A program made the position numbers and the translations under genes. The notes beneath the pieces were generated by a model, which saw only the letters and a program-made list of their open reading frames with translations, had not been told where the DNA came from and ran no database searches. From Methanomassiliicoccales archaeon (GTDB lineage: Archaea; Thermoplasmatota; Thermoplasmata; Methanomassiliicoccales; JAAEEP01), in NCBI GenBank assembly GCA_013415695.1, contig JAAEEP010000003.1:10882-74881 (forward strand): DNA of 64,000 bases. The letters run 5' to 3'. This document shows positions 58,990 to 64,000 of this stretch, piece after piece; the stretch's first letter is position 1, and the number at the start of each line of letters is the position of its first letter.

Positions 58990-59805
58990 ATGGAGTTTTT
59001 CGATCTTTTCAGACAGGACCGCTGGCCCCACATGTTCTGTCCTGGATGCGGTATTGGTACCGTGATGAATGTTTTCTTCCGGGCCTTCTCACAGCTCGGA
59101 ATCAATGTGGATGATTGTGTCTTCGTCGGTGGCATAGGATGCTCCTCCAGGATTATCGGATACATCAGAGGCGACTCCATTCACACCACTCACGGCAGAC
59201 CGCTCCCAGTTGCCACCGGGATCGCACTCGCGAATCCCGATCTGAAGGTTATTGTCTTCACGGGAGATGGCGACCTGGGAGCAATCGGAGGCAATCACTT
59301 CATAAACGCATGTCGCAGAAATGCAGATTTCACTGTTTTCTGCATAAACAACAACATATATGGCATGACGGGAGGTCAGGCATCAACCTCGACCCCACAT
59401 GGAGCCATGAGCACCACCACTCCTATGGGGAACAAGGACTACCCCTTCGATCTCTCCGAACTCGCAGTCACCGCAGGAGCGAATTATGTGGCTAGATGGA
59501 CCACCAGGAACGTAAAAGAGATCGTGAAGTCCATGAAGAAAGCCATAACAAAGGAAGGCATGTCTTTCGTGGAGATCATGTCGCCCTGCCCCACTGGCTT
59601 CGGCAGGAGGAACAAGATGCCTCAAGCATGCCAGCTTCATGAGTATATGAAGATCAGAACCGTTAGAAGGGAGAGGACAAAATCCCTGGGATTGGATCCT
59701 GTTGACCTCAATATCTCGGGTAAGATCACCATAGGTGAGTTCATCGAGAGAGACCGAACTCCATTGAGGATGATATACTCACCTGAAGAGATCGCTGCAA
59801 AGTGA
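58990..59805 (+). CDS. 2-oxoacid:ferredoxin oxidoreductase beta subunit (KorB-like)
   Basis: CPGCG, GIGCS, TPP motif GDGD...NN, YGMTGGQ. Confidence 0.95.
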   Translation: MEFFDLFRQDRWPHMFCPGCGIGTVMNVFFRAFSQLGINVDDCVFVGGIGCSSRIIGYIRGDSIHTTHGRPLPVATGIALANPDLKVIVFTGDGDLGAIGGNHFINACRRNADFTVFCINNNIYGMTGGQASTSTPHGAMSTTTPMGNKDYPFDLSELAVTAGANYVARWTTRNVKEIVKSMKKAITKEGMSFVEIMSPCPTGFGRRNKMPQACQLHEYMKIRTVRRERTKSLGLDPVDLNISGKITIGEFIERDRTPLRMIYSPEEIAAK

Positions 59806-59907
59806 TCCAATTCAACCCAGTTTGATTATTGATGTCCCTAATAGAAACTCAAAACTGGATGTCACGAGGTCCACCTGCGCCTCGAAGTTATTCATTCTCA
59901 CCAGTAT

Positions 59908-60510
59908 TCATTTCTGTTTGGTCAATTCTTCCAGCAATTCACGGATCCTGGTTATCTCAAGGACGATCCTCTCACCATTCTGTTCTTCATCAAAGTGCGT
60001 TTCGGTTGCCTCAGGTCTCTTTCTCCTCACAAAATCCATGATCTGGTCTCTCAGGGATTCGTATGCCTCTATACCTTCCAATCTTATCTCAGGCCGTATC
60101 ATTCCGCTCTGTGATGATCCCGAGTAACCAGCCGTCTGAACTGACAAGTGGGCCAGCCTAAGTGATCTGGATATAGGACCTTGGCTGATATCCACGTTCG
60201 TGATTCTGTTGTAGGGCACAATCCCTGTTTTCCTGAACCATACGCCTCTATTCCAATTGATCTCCGTAGCGGACAGAGTATACACCATGCTCTGCCAGAA
60301 CTTCGGAATCCAGTAGGCTGTGAATAATGTGACTACCAGTACTGGCATGAAAAAAGCCAGCCAAATCCACCATGGAACGAAGAAAATCAGCAGTATCTGC
60401 CACCACAGAAAGAGTACTACAACTATGGTTGTCAGGTAAATGAAATATAGGCTCTTGAACCGGGGTGAGGGTTTGAATTCTGTATTGAGCTCAACCATCT
60501 CCATCTCCAA
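59908..60510 (-). CDS. Membrane protein with a bacterial PH domain
   Basis: 2 TM + RGVWFR..VPYNRITNVDISQGP...TAG. Confidence 0.85.
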   Translation of the reverse strand: MEMEMVELNTEFKPSPRFKSLYFIYLTTIVVVLFLWWQILLIFFVPWWIWLAFFMPVLVVTLFTAYWIPKFWQSMVYTLSATEINWNRGVWFRKTGIVPYNRITNVDISQGPISRSLRLAHLSVQTAGYSGSSQSGMIRPEIRLEGIEAYESLRDQIMDFVRRKRPEATETHFDEEQNGERIVLEITRIRELLEELTKQK

Positions 60511-60686
60511 TATGTCTTCGCCATCCGACCTTATTATTATTTCGAAATATTCTCATCTGATTCTCGAACATATGAGAAGGGTGAAGAAGATTCCCAATAT
60601 TACCTCGGAATGTGGAAAAGCGAAGGCTGCCCAGGTATGATGTGTTGATTCCTTCCTCCAAGCATGGGGATCCAGAGGACTCAGCG

Positions 60687-61277
60687 CTAATTGACCTCGC
60701 CTTCATTTTCACCAGGAAGGGGTGCTTGCTTTGGTTTCCTCATGGATCTAAGAATCCTACCAACAAGATACAGTCCTGCACCGCCCAATACGACCCCTCC
60801 TAAGATCAGAAGCGTGGACTCCATCGTGTTGTCTGTCGCTCCCCCATAGCCGTCCCCTGTTGCGGCTTCCATATCTCCATTTTGAGTGATGGAAACAAAA
60901 GCGAAGACGATGATGGCTCCAAGAAGTAGAGCCCATGCGCATGAGATCAGTATCACTATCTTGGTATTCTCCTTTGGGTCCAGAAGGTCCCTGGCCTTCC
61001 ATGTCAACCCGTAGTAGACGAAACCGTGATCCTCGTATCGCTTGACCAACTCACCCTCCTCGAGCTTCTTCAGGTGGCGGTATACCGCAGCCTTATCGAT
61101 ACCCAGTGATTGTGACAGCTGGGTCACCGTTCTTCTCATGGGATTCAGAGCCTTCAATATCTCGAGTCTGGTGTCGGATGCTAGGGCGAATAACGCCTTC
61201 TTGTCCAGCTCTACGCGCATTGGTGATCCCCTTGGAATGAGGGACCCCAAATTCGAGTTTAGATCTGCATCAGTCAA
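60687..61277 (-). CDS. Membrane-anchored ArsR-type wHTH regulator
   Basis: ALASDTRLEILKAL...VYRHLKKL followed by two TM helices. Confidence 0.85.
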   Translation of the reverse strand: MTDADLNSNLGSLIPRGSPMRVELDKKALFALASDTRLEILKALNPMRRTVTQLSQSLGIDKAAVYRHLKKLEEGELVKRYEDHGFVYYGLTWKARDLLDPKENTKIVILISCAWALLLGAIIVFAFVSITQNGDMEAATGDGYGGATDNTMESTLLILGGVVLGGAGLYLVGRILRSMRKPKQAPLPGENEGEVN

Positions 61278-61295
61278 GGTCGCTCCTCCTTCGAA

Positions 61296-63110
61296 TCACT
61301 CCAGCGATACAAAGATGCCGACCTCGGGGTCCGCTCTCCAGTAACCCGATTGCGCTTGGTACACTAAGAGATTTACCTCCGAAAGTTCCGAAATATCAAT
61401 AACCTTGATCATAGTGGTCGAAATGGAGTAAAGCATATCATCGATGTAAGCCGATCTCAAATTCCAGCTCCGATCTCCAACATCAATGATACCTCTCAAA
61501 GTCACCTCGCTATCGGAAATGTCAAAAACGGCGTTACCATGGATCCACATTTCGGACGAGGAATTCAAATATCCGAGAGAAATGACGAGAAGCCCCTTCT
61601 GGACATCGATGAGGACCGCGTGATGGTCCCACATCGCTTCGGTGTAGGAATATTCCCCTTCCACAAGGTACCTGCTCACCTCAATCGGTGAATAGGGATC
61701 CGATACGTCGTACATCGCGATCTTCACGCTTGAGTTCTCCATCCCTATGCCAATGACACGATCATCATTGATGCGATGAAGATAGGCAGAGAATCCTGGA
61801 ACCTCCAGCTCACCCAATGCGACTGGATTCGATGGGTCTCCCATATCAATGACGAAAAGAGGATCGACCCTCTCGAATGTTACCAGGTACAAGACATCCC
61901 CGTAGAAGCGGGCGGCCTGAACAGTCTCAGAAGGAGCAATACCGGCAAGAGAGCCAGTGACATTCAGGGAGTGATCGAGAACGTAGACACAGTTTTCCGG
62001 TGGCTCCCAGCTAGTGGTGGTTACCACCCTGAGATACCCTTCGTATTCGTCCATGGAAAACTGGTTCAGAAGCCAGCCTGGAACCACCCCCTTGGCCACC
62101 GGCTGCATAGAGGTTCCCGAAAACTCTATTGAGAAAATAGAGCTCAAAACATTAGAGGATACCTCATTTGCTTGAACTGCTGACACAAGAAATGGGATCG
62201 GCTCCCAGTTCCTCATCGAGAGATAGATCGATGTGTGGGACATGTAGATCGTCGAAGTCCAACCTGCCAGGATCGAGAGGGTTTCGAATTCGAATGAATT
62301 CATATCTATTGCCATCATATTGATGTAACCGTCTCTCTGGTCCCCCAGGGGGTCGTAGCGGATGCTGCTTCCATCTAATTCCAAAACAACGCTACCGTTC
62401 ATTACCCTTGGAAGCCGGACCTCGTCAGTAAACCATATCCAATCTTGACTTATCACATAAACGACGCTGCTTACCATTCTGGCTGCAACGGGATATCCAG
62501 AGATTCCCCAGCTTCGTTCGAGAACAGGGTTTGATGGATCAGAAACATCTAACAATGAGACCGCGGTCATTTCACCTATCGAAGTGAAGGCCCCTATTGC
62601 TTCTTCCAACTCGTTTATCGGCCTCCAGTCGTGTATCGCGGAGATTACCACAAGGTTGTCTCCATCAAGAAAAATTCCTTGAGGACTGACCATATATCTG
62701 TCTTGAGGCAATTCGATCAAGCTGGATGAGGGAATGAACGAGAGATTTGAGAGGTTCTCAACCGGGTAGGCCTTGATAATGTTGACTCCATTGTAATTGG
62801 CAATGAAAAGGAGAGACCCATCAGTCTTCACCAGGTCCATCTCGTCAACGCCTTCCACCTGAATATTTGTCTCCGAGTGACTGCTCTCTCCATCATCAAT
62901 CTCCAGGCCATTTCCCTCGCTATATACGAGCCCTGTGTGAGGACGAGAGGCTATGTGGTTGATAAGATCCTTTGTGGATTGGAAGGCGGGAAGAATGGAT
63001 TCCCCGGTGCTGGATCCTCCCTCGTCGCTCAAAGCCATTCCTGCGAAAAGGGCGAACAAAGATACCAGCACCAAGGAAAATGCTATGGCCTTGCGAACGA
63101 GGGGGCTCAC
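61296..63110 (-). CDS. Secreted beta-propeller domain protein
   Basis: Signal peptide, TNIQVEGVDEMDLVKTDG, NQFSMDEY, DPLFVID, PGFSAYLH. Confidence 0.9.
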   Translation of the reverse strand: MSPLVRKAIAFSLVLVSLFALFAGMALSDEGGSSTGESILPAFQSTKDLINHIASRPHTGLVYSEGNGLEIDDGESSHSETNIQVEGVDEMDLVKTDGSLLFIANYNGVNIIKAYPVENLSNLSFIPSSSLIELPQDRYMVSPQGIFLDGDNLVVISAIHDWRPINELEEAIGAFTSIGEMTAVSLLDVSDPSNPVLERSWGISGYPVAARMVSSVVYVISQDWIWFTDEVRLPRVMNGSVVLELDGSSIRYDPLGDQRDGYINMMAIDMNSFEFETLSILAGWTSTIYMSHTSIYLSMRNWEPIPFLVSAVQANEVSSNVLSSIFSIEFSGTSMQPVAKGVVPGWLLNQFSMDEYEGYLRVVTTTSWEPPENCVYVLDHSLNVTGSLAGIAPSETVQAARFYGDVLYLVTFERVDPLFVIDMGDPSNPVALGELEVPGFSAYLHRINDDRVIGIGMENSSVKIAMYDVSDPYSPIEVSRYLVEGEYSYTEAMWDHHAVLIDVQKGLLVISLGYLNSSSEMWIHGNAVFDISDSEVTLRGIIDVGDRSWNLRSAYIDDMLYSISTTMIKVIDISELSEVNLLVYQAQSGYWRADPEVGIFVSLE

Positions 63111-63216
63111 GTCCTATTATCCAATATTTCACTATAAGTAACCCTTCAGAGCGTTGACTTGAATGTCAATACCTCTCATTTAAAAATAGAGAAATAAAGG
63201 GTTTGGATGGTTGCCC

Positions 63217-63627
63217 TTAAATCATCCTCTTTCCAGCTTCATAGGTGGCACTCTGATTCCACACCTCTTCAGGCTCCAGTATCCAAACACCGCGCACCTG
63301 TAGACCCAGACTCTTGACTTTCTCATTCATTGCTTCGAAAACAGGTCCCTCGGTCTGATAAATTTGGATCTTGGCTTTGACCTGATACGACTCCGTCCCC
63401 TTAGCCATGATAATCGCAACGTTCTGACCCTTCTTCTGCATCTCCTCCATGTTCTTCGATGTGTGCTGCATCAGGATCGCTCCAATCGCTATGACTCCGG
63501 GTTGTGGAGCCACGATTGCACCAACTTGGATGGCGTGCAGAGCTCCCTCTGGCGATACGGTCGCAACTACCTTGACCGCGTTCGGATCGTTGATAGTCTT
63601 GGCTACAACTTCTGGCAAATCCACCAT
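63217..63627 (-). CDS. Pyridoxamine 5'-phosphate oxidase-like FMN-binding protein
   Basis: VATVSPEG, SYQVKA; start MVDLP after a GGAG SD. Confidence 0.75.
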   Translation of the reverse strand: MVDLPEVVAKTINDPNAVKVVATVSPEGALHAIQVGAIVAPQPGVIAIGAILMQHTSKNMEEMQKKGQNVAIIMAKGTESYQVKAKIQIYQTEGPVFEAMNEKVKSLGLQVRGVWILEPEEVWNQSATYEAGKRMI

Positions 63628-63746
63628 GTTCTCACTCCTTAGGCACAAATGATTGTTCACGGCACTTAAGAGTTTCCAAAAATGAATAGACTGAGTGATG
63701 GTGAATCGAACCTCCATCACCAATCTTCGAACGCTCGCGTGACAGT

Positions 63747-64000
63747 CTACTGCGTATCTATGACCTTAATGACATGCCAGCCAAACTGTGTTTTGACGGG
63801 GCCTATTAAGTCACCCTTCCGACCCCCAAACGCGGCCTTTTCGAACTCAGGGACCATCTGATTCCTACTGAACCAGCCAAGGTCTCCACCCTTTTTACCG
63901 GATGGACACGTTGAGAACTTCTTTGCCAGATTTTCAAAGTTGCCGCCAGACTTGAGTTCTGCCATCAGATTCTTGGCCTGGACTTCATCCTTGACGAGGA
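63747..64000 (-). CDS. Parvulin-type peptidyl-prolyl isomerase (5' end outside window)
   Basis: LVK...FENLAKKFSTCPSGKKGGDLGWF, MVPEFE, TQFGWHVI. Confidence 0.93.
   Translation of the reverse strand, partial: LVKDEVQAKNLMAELKSGGNFENLAKKFSTCPSGKKGGDLGWFSRNQMVPEFEKAAFGGRKGDLIGPVKTQFGWHVIKVIDTQ

Noticed and set aside
1-64000. CRISPR arrays, IS elements, rRNA
   Set aside because: No regularly spaced repeats, transposase motifs or rRNA sequence seen

Overview
Core-genome segment of an archaeon, most likely Thermoplasmatota (Methanomassiliicoccales-like). Archaeal markers: thermosome, archaeal DnaG, Hjc, FBP aldolase/phosphatase, archaeal TpiA, NreA, a SAMP-like modifier and an intron-containing tRNA-Ser(CGA). 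The window also holds a full trp operon (E-G-D/C fusion-F-B-A), larB/larE, tldD/tldE, aspS, nadA, a 2-oxoacid:ferredoxin oxidoreductase operon without a gamma subunit, and several transporters and surface proteins. No CRISPR array, rRNA or IS element is visible. Signals not explained by the ORF track: (i) a tandem pair of short serine recombinases divergent from an OB-fold gene across an inverted-repeat cluster; (ii) two long structured 5' leaders, before an acetate-transporter-family gene and before dnaG; (iii) a box C/D sRNA whose guide matches 23S rRNA helix 69; (iv) a LonB-type ATPase with a Zn finger and no protease domain; (v) two unannotated small ORFs and a glutamate-synthase pseudogene remnant. 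All product calls come from motif recognition by eye; no searches were run. Start coordinates were adjusted where a better start was evident.
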